Shown here piece after piece: positions 35,490 through 48,486 of a stretch of 64,000 bases of DNA. The notes beneath the pieces are model-generated. The model was given only the letters and a program-made list of their open reading frames with translations, did no database searches and was not told the DNA's origin. This DNA is from Ministeria vibrans ATCC 50519. Lineage: Eukaryota > Protista > Filasterea. The position numbers were made by a program, and so were the translations under genes. Position 1 is the stretch's first letter; each line of letters opens with the position of its first letter. Location: positions 1 to 64,000 of the forward strand of contig CALSCP010000425.1 in assembly GCA_943704425.1 (NCBI GenBank). The letters run 5' to 3'.

Positions 35490-38133
35490 TTACTTCTTTT
35501 CACGAGAAGAAGCAGAAGCAGAAGCAGAAGAAACAGGGACAGTTGATTGAGTGGCAGGTTTTCTTGCGCGACGAGCGGACCGCGACGTACGTGAGCCCGC
35601 GTGAGAATCACTGGGGGGGGGAGAGGCTGACGGATTGGTTGTGGTCGTAGTGGTAGTAGAAGTAGAGGGAATGTTATCTCTTTGTGGGTGTCTGGGTCTT
35701 CCTTTTCCTCCTCCGCGCTGATGGTTGTCACGACGTTGTTGCGTGTTCTTGTGCTGATGATTCTGACGTTGTTGTGTCTGCACTGGCAATGGAACGCCTT
35801 CAACGTGGGTAAGATAATACTCGCGCGCCGCAATGAATGTCTGGCGGATGCGCGAAAATGACACCGCAGTGACTCCCTTTCCCAGATTGTGGGTCAGATC
35901 GAAAGGATCTTCGATGGCAATTGTGAACCGATCCCACATTTTGTCGTCTTTAGTAAGACGATCGCCCTGGCGAATGCACACAACGTCATTGCGCCAATCA
36001 AACTCATCTACAACATTAGAGGAGAGAGAGGAGGGAGTAAGTCAGGCAGAAAAAGGTGTGCGTGTTAGACAAGAAAATGCAGTAGGATTAGGGTTGTAAA
36101 TTGCAATAGAGTTGGCATTATAAATTGCGTTTGGGTGAGGGGTAGAGTAGGGGCTTTCTTTGAACAATCATTTGGGTGATAGATACATTCCTAAAACCAA
36201 AAAGAAAAATAAAGTAGGCCCTTACAAGCGTAGTAGTGAAAGAAATCGATGAAGAGACGCCCAATAGAGTCGGTGTTGATGACGAGGGAGGGATGTGCGG
36301 CGCGCCAGAGACGCTCGAGAGTGGAGAGATCGGAGTGAAAGTATGTGTTGAAACCAGCAATGGAGACGATGGGAATGTCGGGAGAGTCTGAGAGCCGTTG
36401 AAGATAGGGAAGGACTGAGTTGCGTTGGAGGAAGTGGATGAGAAGAAGGAGATAGGCGTAGGAGGAGAGAGTCGACTGACTTGCGTCATTGATGTGTGTC
36501 TTCTTGACGAGATGCTTGAGGAAGTACGCAAGAGGTCTCACGCGGGGATCGACGAGGGAGTAGGTACGCATGAGCTCAGTGTTACGCAGGGCCAAACCGT
36601 TGCTGCAGCTTATATCGCCCTCGAGATGTGTGCGAGGATCTTGAAAGCGCAGGATGGGCACTTTGGCGTGCAGGATGGGTTGGATGTGGGTGAATTCACG
36701 GCGGAAGAATGGAAGGATACGACGGAGAAAACGAGACTGCTCGCTCTTGTCACTGGGCACTGCGGGTCCTGTGACGGCCATGTCGAGGTCACTGGTAGAC
36801 ACACCAAAGTTGTTTCGGGAGGAGCCAAAGGTGGACACGCACAGCTGGAAATGGAGGGTGAGTCAGTGCGGGTACGTATGATTGTCCTTTTGTGGGTGTG
36901 AGAGAGTAAGGTTTTCAAGCAGAATGAGTGACAGAGTAAGAACATTATACGAGAGTGAGTGACAAGAGTAAGATTTTCAAGCAGAATGAGTGACAGAGTA
37001 AGAACATTATACGAGGGTGAGTGACAAGAGCACGATTCAAATTAATTATGATTAAAAAAAAAACAATCCGTTTTCGTACCGTGTTGTCACGAAACTGAGA
37101 GCGAATGATTCGCTCGATGTAAGAGCGCAACTGATCGCGAGGATCATTCAATTCCGGCGTGTACGCTGAGTGGTGGAGGAACAGAGTCATGGCAGCAGTG
37201 AGACACTGTAAATGAGTCTCGGTGGGTTGGGTAAGTGGAATAGTCTCCGTCTCTGTTTCTGTTGCTGTTGTTGTAGATGATGACGCTGCTGCTGCTGCTG
37301 CTGCTGCTGCTGCACTTTCTGCGGTCCCTCCAACTTTAACTGGTCGCGGGAAGCAACGGAGGCAGGGTCCCTTTGCGGTGACTCCATTGATGCACACATG
37401 AAGCTACGACGAAAAACATCAACTTCCCTTTCTTCGCTCATCCCTCTTCTTCTTCGTACACGTCGAACAGTGTGGATCTTGCGGGCAGTAAGATCCATGG
37501 CGCGCGATGGGTCGTCGAGGACCGCATGGACAAGAATGCAGTTGGTGATGTTGCGTCGTGCCACACTGGTCGTTGGCACTGCGCCGTTCTCCACAAAGTA
37601 CGCGCGTGCTGCGCCCACCATGTCGCCCTCACGGTCTTGGCCTATCCGCCCTGGGGGAGTGTGCACCTTGTAGATGACCGCGTTCGCCTGGGGCTCGTCG
37701 AAGAGCCGTGGGAGCGGCGGGAGAGCTGGGAGCTGTCGCGCCAGAACATCATCAAGTTCGTCCTCGGACGACATCGCCTCTGCTGCCTGCGCATGACCCT
37801 CGCCGCCCCCGCCCCCGCCATCGTCCATTGGTCTGTGGTCGCTGCCAGTGCGATCCTCGTCGCCTTCGTCTTCATCGCGCTCTCTGTCGCACTTTCCATC
37901 CAGATCGCCCACATCGTCAGCCGCCGCCGACTCGTCCGCGTGATGTGCATCAGAGTCCATCGCAACACACTCTTCATTGATCAGCGAGTCCGCTGCCGCT
38001 GTGTACGCTGTGTTTTTGGCGTATGAGATTTCGGAGTTGAAACAATCACACAAAAAAAAAAAGAAGAAGAAGAAGAAGACAAGTAGAAAAAGAACGGACA
38101 AGCCTTACCGACGTCACTCTCGGCGTCAGACAT
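35490..38133 (-). CDS. Terminal uridylyltransferase / non-canonical poly(A) polymerase (Cid1/TUT4/7-like), multi-exon
   Basis: FGSSRNNFGVSTSDLDM; AKVPILRF; GDISCSNGLALRNTELMRTY; LSSYAYLLLLIHFLQ; IAIEDPFDLTHNLG (His typical of UTP-specific enzymes). Confidence 0.9.
36902..37030. repeat. Two-copy ~62-bp tandem repeat in a TUTase intron
   Basis: gagtaag.ttttcaagcagaatgagtgacagagtaagaacattatacgag.gtgagtgacaa x2. Confidence 0.85.
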
Positions 38134-39292
38134 AGTGATATATTAAATGAAGCGAAAAAAAATTGAAATAACACAAGTCACAAAATCAATTAGAACTGCA
38201 AACCATTTGTGTTAATAATTATGTCAATTAGGGACTCTTGCAAGATGATTGATCAATATTTGACAATCTCCCAAGTTCAAAATTTAATATTATTCTTCTG
38301 CGTTGATTTGAAACCTCAACAGTAAGATCAGCCCGCACGCACCCCTCCAACCCTCTCCTATCGCCCATCTCCTCCTCAAACAAACAAGACCTCGTTTTTT
38401 TTTTCGCTTGCGTCACTCTCAACTTCTGCCCCTGAACAAAACTTTTCACACGCGCCCACAACCGCCCTTCTGTTCACGCCGATCTACCCCCCACCCCCCA
38501 CTACTCCACCAGTACCTTCGCTTTCAACGAAATACACAGCCGATTCGACGTTGAGCGTTTTTTTTTCGCGACTTTTCGCTTTTTTTTTTTTGCTTCGATG
38601 TTTTCGCTCGTGCACACTTCCAATCGCTTCTTCCTTCGTACGGCAGCACCACTCTGCTTGCTTGTGTGCTCTTTTACCGTCCCCCTTGCAACGCGCGACT
38701 CTCCACGTCGACTCATATGTCTCGTTGCTAAGGCACAAAAAAAAGCGCTCGTGCTCTAACAAAATATACCGCCGCTTCAATTCGCGCCACTTCTTCAGCA
38801 CTATCGTTACAGATCACCCAATAAATCTGCTAGCAGCAAAACAATTGCCTCTCCCTGCGTCAGTATACCGCAACCACGTGGGTGTGATTTTTTTCTGGCA
38901 AATCCCCGACTCACCTCAAATTTTGTCGCACCTTCTTCTCTCCTCCATTGCATGCCAAATGTACTGCGCATCATGAACGTCTCAAGGATCATTCAATGAG
39001 CTGGGTTTTTTTTCGCCTCCATAGTTGGATCTTTGGACGTTTTTTTTTGCCGTTGACGTGACATTGATTGAACCAACAAAAAAAAAAAAAAAAAAAAAAA
39101 GAGAATTGATTATGGTTCTGCCTTCCCGTCGATCCATCGCCAACGCTACTGCACCGCATCTGTTTTATATGGCTTTGCTTCTCCTCCATCCTGAACATGT
39201 GTGCCGTTCTTTTTTTTTCCTTTTTTACGTATTGTTTACTCGTTAAATTCTAATCCTTCTCTGTCTCTATCTCTCTCTTCACTCTCCCAGAC

Positions 39293-42200
39293 ATGAAGGT
39301 TGCACTGGCGGTTGTTGCTGCCGTCCTGTTCGCTTCGGCGACAAATGCGACGTTTCTCTCGGGCCACGTGTGGTACGAGGTGGACCACGCCTCCGCCTCT
39401 GCCTGTCGCGAGGACGAGAAGCGCGTTCTCCTGCACACCCAGTCTGTTCATCGATCCGAGACGGACTGCCCTACCCAGGCCATCTTTGGCGATCTGAGCA
39501 TTGCCGGTAAAACAGACCCAAAATATAATTAAATTATTATTATTATAATTATATACGATCGACTAATCTTATTATTATTATTGTTATTATTCTTTTAGCT
39601 ATTCCTACGATTAGCGTCGCCTCCACCAACGGAACCACTGCTTGCGTCGGTGCCCATTCCATTTGTGTCTCGACCAAGCACAGCTACCAGCTGCACGCCA
39701 GCGGCTGCTGCCGTGGCGAGGGCCTCGCCAACGTGGCCGCCGGCTCGTCTTGGCAAGTGCCCTTCACTGTCGATGTCCGCGACAACGAGTTCTCCGCCTA
39801 CGTCGCCGCATCGCACGCCATCGAGGTTGTGCGCTCGTCCACTTCGGACATTAGCCACTTCCGTGTGCCCTTTGTCGTTGACCAGGAGCGCGCCACGGCA
39901 ACCGTCGTCTGCGCCAAGGACCGTGCTGGCCATTGCCTCGACGCCACCATGAACATTGCCTCCAAGATTGAGCATGTTGGTTCGGGTCTCTTCGCCTGGA
40001 ACACCGCCGGCCTCAAGGAGGACACCCGCTACGCCGTCGCCATTCAACTCGGCCGTCTTGCCGTCTTTGACACCGTCCTTCACCTGCGCACCGCCTCGCT
40101 CGAGACTCCCTTCCTTGTCACCCCCGCCGACCACATGTCGCGTGTCAACTCTTGTATCGAGTCGAATGAGCCCGTCCACATTGATGTCGCCGGTCGCACC
40201 TTCTCCAAGAAGTCAAGCGTCGACGTCAAGCTTGTCTCGCAGCTGCCCGCTGGCGCCACTTTTGACGGTGCTCGCCTCAGCTTCAGCCCCGTCGCTCGCA
40301 ACACCTTTGTGGCCGTGCAGTCCATCGAGAAGAACTCGGCTGTGTCGGGTCCCATCCATATTGTTCATGTGCGCCGCGCCGCTCCCGTTGCCGACGACAT
40401 GGCCCCGGCCGCGTCGGACGCTGAGCTCTCGCGTCACGCTCGCTCCACCTTCACCGTGAAGCTCTCCGAGACTGCTCCCTCCACCGATCTCGCCGAGGGT
40501 GACTCATACAACGTCCAGGCCAGCACCGACCCTGTCAGCGAGTACGACTCACTCCAGTCGTTCACCTACCAGGTTGCCAACCTTGACGACACCAACTGGC
40601 TCGACGTCAGCGCAACCAACCTCATCTCAGAGGGTCTCGTCAACATCCAGGACATCCCCTTCCTTCGTGTCAACGCCCTCACTATCGGTAACATTGTTTC
40701 CTCCTACCGTCGCATCAAGTTCCGCGTGCGCGCCGTGGGCTCCGACAGCACCGAGGTGTTCTCGCGCGAGATCATCTTTGACTTTGACGCCGGCGAGTAC
40801 ATTCTCCTGCAAAACACCGAAATCGAGAACTTGGCCTTTGGCAAGCAGGTCTTCAACTACTGGTCGTACCCCAGCGAGGGTAACTTCCAGGATCAGGCCG
40901 TCTCTATGTTCCGCGTCGTCTCCACCGAGCCCGAGCGCCGTGACTACCTCGCCGGCCTCATCAGTGACGCCTCCTCTACTCAGATTCAACTCGATGCCCT
41001 CGACGTTGCCGGCGTCGACACCTACTGGACCGTCAACAACCAGTACGTTCGCATCACCTTTGCCACCTCGCTTATCTTCAACGCGGCTACCTTTGAGTCC
41101 CAAATCCTCGCCATTGTCAAGAGCGCCCTCCTCGCCCACGGTGGCCTCTCCAACGTGGCCGTCAAAATCATCTCGACCACCATCACTGGTCAGCAGAACC
41201 CCCAGAATGTTATCGTGACCGCTCGCGATGTCATCTCGGGCGCTATTGTCGACTCAAGCGTCATCATCTCGTCGCTTTCTTCGGCCGGCGCGGCTTCCGG
41301 TACCTGCGGTGTCTTCTCGTCTATGACCGACTCGTCCAACTTCTGTCCCATGACCAGCACCCCCGTCAACCCGGGCTTCACTACCATCCAGGCATCCATC
41401 AAGGCTTTCCTCACCCACGACGTCACGACGTCGACCGTCAAGTATCTCGGTGGTGGCCGCATCGCCACCAGCGACGAGAGCGCCCTCTGGAACATTAAAC
41501 AGACTACCGTCGCCGACCCGGCCACCGAGGACCTGCCCTTCGTCGCCTCGGACCGTGTCAAGATCTGCATGCAGTCCAACTCAACTCGCTGCCTCAAAGC
41601 TTTCTTCAACACCGCTACCAGTACGTGGTCATTCTCCATTGCCAACGACGCCGATGCGACGGTCTTTGCCCACTCGACGAACCGCGAGTTCTGGCTCACC
41701 GATGCCAACCTCAACGTTGCTGGTTCCGCCTCGGATCTTAACGAGTGGGCGTCGCTCCGCTGCGGCCCCACTAACGCCGCGCAGAACGCCGAGAACGTTC
41801 TCGAGTGCACCAACCTCGATCTGCGCCCCACCTACCGCCGTCTGGAACTCGATCTTCTCGGTGAGTTCGGCATTTCGACGCTCACCGTGCGTCTCGGTAA
41901 CTACCCTCTTCCCGTCCCGTCCGGCACCGGTCCCTTCCAGAACCCGCTGGCGTCGTTTTTGCCCAACCGTCAGGCCGATTCGTCGCCCTACATTTCCCGC
42001 CTCGAACTCTGGGTGCGCAACAACGAGAGTGAGCCGTGGATCGATCTGACCGGCTCCGAGAACCAGTACGACGCCAACGGCGGCGCCGTTTTTACCAAGG
42101 GTACCACCTGCGTGAGCGCTTTCAACCGCGAAGCATGCGATATTGAGTTCCTCGTCGAGGGCTTTACCCGTGAGGTCCTTGACAAGCGTGCCAACTTTGG

Positions 42201-45200
42201 CTGGCGCTACATCTCCGTCCGCTTTGCCCAGATGAACTCCTTTGGTGATGTCCGCAACCGTTACTACTCGGTACGCGAGCTCCGCGTTACCGGCTACTGC
42301 ATCTGCAACGGCCACTCGCGCACCTGTGACACCAACACCGGCTTCTGCTTCGTCGAGGACAGCGGCAACAAGGATATTGTCCAGGACTGCGGTCACTTCA
42401 CCACGGGTACCTCGTGCCAGTTCTGCCAGCCCGGCTACCGCGCTGAAATCCAAAACGACGCTCCCACGTCGTCTTTCAACTGCGACAGCGAGGATTTGGA
42501 TCACCAGTGCGATGGTCCTCTTCTGCCCGAGATCACCCCCGTCGAAATTGAGGCTGGCTCCTACACCTACAACGGCCAGTCGGGCGCCATTGGCGCCACC
42601 CGCCCCGACCAATTCCAGGTCTTCTTCCCCCCCACGGGTCCCTGCGTTCCCTGCGCTTGCAACACCCACTCCATCTTTGACCTGTGCACAGACTCAGACA
42701 AGCGTAACTGCCCCGAGGGCTGTGCTTTCGACACGGGCGAGTGCAACTGCGACACCTCGACCAACACCGAGGGCTTCAGCTGCGAGACGTGCATTGACGG
42801 TTTCTGCCGTGCCTCGTGCAACGCCACCGAGGGCCACCTTGCCTACGAGGTGTGCCGCGAGGAGGTGTGCACCGCCTGTGACTGCAACTTGCACGCCGTC
42901 GTGAAGACGAGCAGCGGTGCCGACACGTGCGACAAGGACTTCTGCGGCTGCCACTGCAAGGCCGACGACCACGCCGTCGGTCCCCACTGCGAGTTCTGCG
43001 AGAATGGCTACTGGAGCAACAAGGGTAACTCCGAAGATGGCACCAACTGCCAGCAGTGCATGTGCAACGGCCACAAGAAGTACACCAACACGGACAATGT
43101 CGACGAGTGCAACGCCACCGGCGGTCACTGCATGTTTGACTACAACGGCAACACGCAGGAGTGCGATGGCAACACCATGGGTGCCAACTGCGAGCTGTGC
43201 AAGCCCGGCTACTTCCGTCCCGTCGACAGCAACGGCAACGTTGACCTTACTGACGACTGCTCGCCGTGCGCGTGCAACCAGCACGGCCTTGCCACCACCT
43301 ATCCGTCGCACGGCTGGACCGTTGGCACCACCGCCGTGTGTAACCCTGATGGCGGTATCTGCAACTGCGACCCCAGTGACCACGTCATGGGCGACAACTG
43401 CGAGGCGTGCCAGGTTGGCTACTGGAACAACGAGGCGGGCGGTGCCCGCAACGGTGCCGTCTGCCTGGTGTGCCAGTGCTACGGCCACAAGTCGTACGCA
43501 TTTAACGAGTGCGCCGTGCTCGGTGGCAGCTGCGAATTGGACTACGACGGCAACGCGCAGCCGTGCAACGATCACACCGACGGTCAGAACTGCGGTGGCT
43601 GCGACGCTGGCTACTACCGTCCCTTCGTCGGCGGCGGCACCATTGATCGCGCGCAAAACTGCACAGAGTGCAACTGCAATGGCCACGCCACATCGACCGT
43701 CACCACCGGCGAGGAATTCTGCACCGCCGACGGCGGTGAGTGTGCTTGCACTGGCACATCCAACTCGGAAGGTTTCAACTGCGAGTCGTGCAAGGCAAAC
43801 ACCTGGAGCACCCAGGGAGATGCCCAGAACGGCGTTGATTGCGCCCCGTGCGCCTGCTACGGCCACTCGTCAACCTGCAACAACTTTGGTGTGTGCTCGG
43901 GCTGTGCCGACAACACCGAGAACGGCGGTGATGGCCGCTGCGAGAAGTGCATTGCCTCGAACTACCGCCAGAACCACGATCTCTACACGAACGCCGACCC
44001 TGATGCCGCCACCCCGGATGCCGCCCAGGTCGAGGCCATCAAGTTTGAGGACTGCTCGCCCTGCCAGTGCAACGGTCACTCCAAGGCTGACCCGAACACG
44101 GACGACGGTATCTGCGACCCTTTCACTGCCGTGTGCCACCAGTGCGGTGATTGGACTGCCAACGGCCCGCTCGGCCAGTGCGAAGTGTGCCAGTCCAACT
44201 ACTTCCGTCACATGACCGGTGTCTACGACGCCTCGGCCGACACGTGCCGCGCCTGCGATCTCGCCGACGGTACCAACTGCCAGCTGGACACGGTTACGAG
44301 CTCGTGCCGCCCCTGCGAGCAGCAGTGCTTCGGCACCGGCAACAACGAGTGCACCATGGATACCGGTGTGTGCACCAACTGTCCGGCCAACACACACGGC
44401 AGCCGTTGCGAACTGTGCGACGCTGGCTTCTACGGCAGCCCCGCCAACGGTATCCCTTGTGTGCCCTGCAAGTGTAACCACTATGTCGACGCCGGTACCG
44501 GCACTGTGCCCAACGCCTACAACTCGTTTGAGGCCAACTTCCCTAATGCCATTGATGCGTACCTTAAGTGCGCTTTTGACAACGGCATTGCCCAGCCCAC
44601 TCGCTGCATCCTCGACGAGTCCCTCCTGAACCCCACCACCATTGCCCAGCTCCAGGGCTCCGCCGACCACAGCGCCTTTATCCGCTGCAACTGCCCGCGC
44701 CACGACCCGACCAGCATGCAGGGCTACTCGGGCATTGCCTACGACGAGTCAGACCGCCAATGCGCCGCCTGCAACAACATGGCCTACTTTGGCCGCCCGG
44801 CCGTGTGCAGCGACGACTCCGGCAACGACGCGCTCATCGCCGATGGCTCGTCAGCTGTTGGCTGCGAGGGCAACGACTTCTACCCGTGCATTGCCTGCGT
44901 GTGCAACAACAACATTGACCCCACGTCGAGCCAGAACAACTGTGCCGCCAAGCAGGACTCGGGTGCGCTCACCTGCACCAACTGCCTTGGCCACACGACC
45001 GGCATGGAGTGCGACGTGTGCGAGGACGGCTACTACGGCATGCCCACGAACCAGGCGGTCAGCGGCTCGCTCAACGGCAACACCTTCACCGGCTTTGTCC
45101 TTGACAGCAACGGCGACTCGCTCAAGTGCTGGAAGTGCGACTGCAATGGCCGCGCCACCGACCGCCTGACGGGTGTCAGCGACATTGCCGGTGACATGTG

Positions 45201-48055
45201 CACCACCACGAGCATCAACACCTTCACCTGCAGCTGCGACGCTTCTCTCGGCTACACTGGCGAGCACTGCCTCGAGTGCCTCCGCGGCTGGGAAAAGGTT
45301 GAGGACACCCACCCCGACTCGACCCCCGACAACTACATTACCTCGGCGGGCCGCGTCTACTGCCGCCCCTGCGACAAGTGCGTGCGTGATGTGATCGAGC
45401 GTGACATTGTGCCGCTCGAGGCTAGCATGGGCCGGGCTCTCGCTGGCATTGCTCAGCTCAACTCGACTATTTCCTCCGGCAACTTTGGTTCGGGCGGCGG
45501 TGGTGTGACTCCCGCCCAGCTGGCGGTAGCGGTGGCAGATCTGCGCTCCGAGGCGGACACCGAGTCGGATCGTGTCGACCTTGCCATTTCCACTGCCTCC
45601 AACAACATTCTCACTGCCATTGCTGCCGAGGCGAACCCCATCAAGGCTGACGTTGACGTTCTGAAGACCGCCGTTGCCAACCATTCCGCGGCCATTTCGC
45701 AGCTGCAGTCGAGCCTCTCGGCGTTTATGACGTCTTCAGCGGCAAACCTCAACGCCCAGATTGCCTCCTCAAACTCGGCTCTCGCTGCCCTGACCGCCAG
45801 CTTGAACAACAACTCGGTTGCTATCCAGGCTGCCGACTCACGCATCACATCTGTCGAGACGGCGCTCACCACGGCCAACTCGAACACACAATCGCAGCTT
45901 GATGCCTACGTGACGAGCAACAACGACGCGCTCAACACCCTTTCGAACAGCCAGACAACGCTCGCGAACCAGGCTTCCGACAACTACGACGTGCTCGTGG
46001 CCGAGATTCTCTCGCTCAAGTACCCCAACCTTGTGCCCGCCGGTGGCCTCAACCTCATTCCGCTCGCGACCGCCAGTGGTAACGCTGTGCTGGCATGCGG
46101 CCGCCTCGCTGGCCAGGACACGGCGATTTCCCTCTCGGGTGCCTCGGGCAGCTACTTTGACATTGCCATGCCGGACCTTGCCACCAACCTGCCCAACTTT
46201 GGCTCGTCTGGATTCACCATGACCGCGCATTTCAACACGGTCGGCACCACCGGTTACATAGTGTCGCAAGGTCTTGCCGGCTCGAGCACCACACGCTACT
46301 GGGGCATCTACATTGACCTCAACCGCCCGGCCGTCTTCATCTACCTGCGTGCCGGCGGCGCTAACCTGCGCTACATCATCCCCGTCTCGACGGCGCCCAC
46401 GCAGAACACCTGGCACCACATTGCCGTCAGCGTCGACGTGGCCCTCAACAAGGCGGTCGTCATGCTCGACGGCTCTGTCGTCGGCTCGATGGACATCACG
46501 TCGCTGCCACTCTTTATCAAGAATGACGCTCCTATCCGCATGGGTGCCCGTCTCGACGGCTCCTTCCGCTTCAACGGTCTCATCGAGGACGTCCGCATCT
46601 ACGACCGCGCCTTCACGCCCGCTCAAGTTGCTGCTGTAAGTGTTATAACAATTATGATTTAATTTATGATAATGCACGTCAATCAATTTGTGTGTATGTG
46701 TGTGTGTGTCTTGTCTGCTTTCCAACGGGAACTTTTCCGTAATGTTTTCAAGTGGGTGTCAGTGTTTTCTCGAATGGGAATGAATTATGATTGAAGCCGT
46801 CGTGTGAATATGACATTGATTGATATATTATTGTGAAAATTAGGCTACATCGATGACTGTGACTGGCATTTGCGTCTAAGCCCCGATGATGATGAATTAA
46901 AGAGAGAAAAAAAACAAGGAGAGAAAAGATTAAGAAGGGCAATAGAGAGAGGAAGAAATTTTTGAAGTGAAGCGAAAGAGGAAACTTTTTTGGTTTTTCG
47001 ATATTCTATCACTTCAGAGGCACATAAGAATATTGATTTTATTTTAATCGTGCATTGTGTCTGTACATGTGTGTGTTCAGGTGCGCACAATGACCGTTCC
47101 AAACAGTCTGACCGCGACTGCGCTCTCGACCGGCACTGCCTTCCTGGGACTGTCCTTTGTGCAGTCCCGCCCAGTCCCTCAGATTGGGTCGGGCGGTGCG
47201 CTAACGCTTGATCTGTGGTTCCGCCAGAGCACAACCAACAATGGTAAAAATCCATGTGCCTTGTGTGTGGACAAAAAGAGTTTTTTGTTTTTTTTTTTGG
47301 TTTTTTGTTCGGCTCTTTTTTTGTGAATGTACTTGCAATTGAGAGCGGGAAAGAAAAGCTGTGACTAAAATTGCCGATAAGAGTGGGCATGAAAAGAAAA
47401 AGACGATCATCAAAATTAAGTGTATTAACATTTTCCGTCTGTGACTGTTTTTGGTTAGGATTTGTTGTGATCAAGTCGGATGATTCTGACGTGCGACACT
47501 ACGGAGTGTTTAGTGAGAGCAGCACTGACTCTCTTGTCTTCTACTATTTGCCGGTGAGTTGTGCTCTCTGCTACTTTGTTGTTCATGTGTCCTCCTCTAT
47601 CACTTTGTTTCTTTCTTTTCCTATCACCTCTTGCTTCTTTAGCAGTACATGTCCCACTCAATGTCAAATTGTCAACTTTTAGAGCGGATCTGCCAATTTT
47701 GATGAAGTGCGATTCGATGTGTCTGCGAGCCCACTGGACGACGGAGCAATGCACAACGTACCAATCTCAACCCATACCATTATTTTCCTCTTTAACTATC
47801 GTTGTGTAGGTGATTGTGCGCACCAAGGGAACTCAGATTGACGTGTGGGTGGACGGCGTGATGATGAGTGCGACGCTGAGTGCCCCCGTGAGTGACAATG
47901 CGACACTGGGCGCGTCCATTGCGGGCCGTAAGCCTGGCGAGGGTCTCTTTGCCGGCTGCATTGCGCGCGTTGACATGTACCCCGGTGCCCTCTGCGACGC
48001 CATTGTCACTGCCATTCGTGGCGCGACCCCTACCTCGCCCAACGCATGTGCTTAA
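39293..48055 (+). CDS. Secreted laminin-like protein (~2,600 aa): signal peptide, N-terminal extension, LN-like domain, ~13 laminin-EGF repeats, coiled coil, two LamG/concanavalin-like domains
   Basis: Exons 39293-39506, 39599-46635, 47081-47243, ~47459-47553, ~47683-47757, 47810-48055. YYSVRELRVTGYCICNGHS; CVCNNNIDP...CLGHTTGMECDVCEDGYYG; CRPCDKCV then heptad-rich helix; WHHIAVSV..FNGLIEDVRIYDRAFT. Confidence 0.85.
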
Positions 48056-48486
48056 ACGATCAAGACTCAAGAGTCTGAGAAGACTGAAAAGAAAAGAAGA
48101 AATGAGAGAGAAGGAGCGAAAGAAAAATGAATCATAAACAAGGAAAATATTCGATTCATTATCAAAATAATAGTAAGAATAATCATCGCTGTTGGCTGAT
48201 GAAAGAACCGTCGGTGATCTTAATCCAAGGACGAGTATATGCACCAGAAGAAAGCTAGAGGCTCCACTCACTCACTCACACTGCCTCAGTCTTTCTATTT
48301 TCTTCCCCTTTTTCAAAATCACTTCAAAATTTCCTTCACTCTTAGAGATCAAAATAATCAAATCAAATAATAATAATAATAATTATTATTATTTTTTTCG
48401 AATTCTGACAGACCCAGTCACACACCCACCCACACCCACCCACCCACACACACACGCACACGCCTCCTTGCCACCATTTCTGCGCC

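Noticed and set aside
39595-46725. Many long antisense/alternative-frame ORFs over the laminin-like gene (also over 100-7500 and 10000-14400)
   Set aside because: Expected from strong GC3 codon bias; no independent protein signal.
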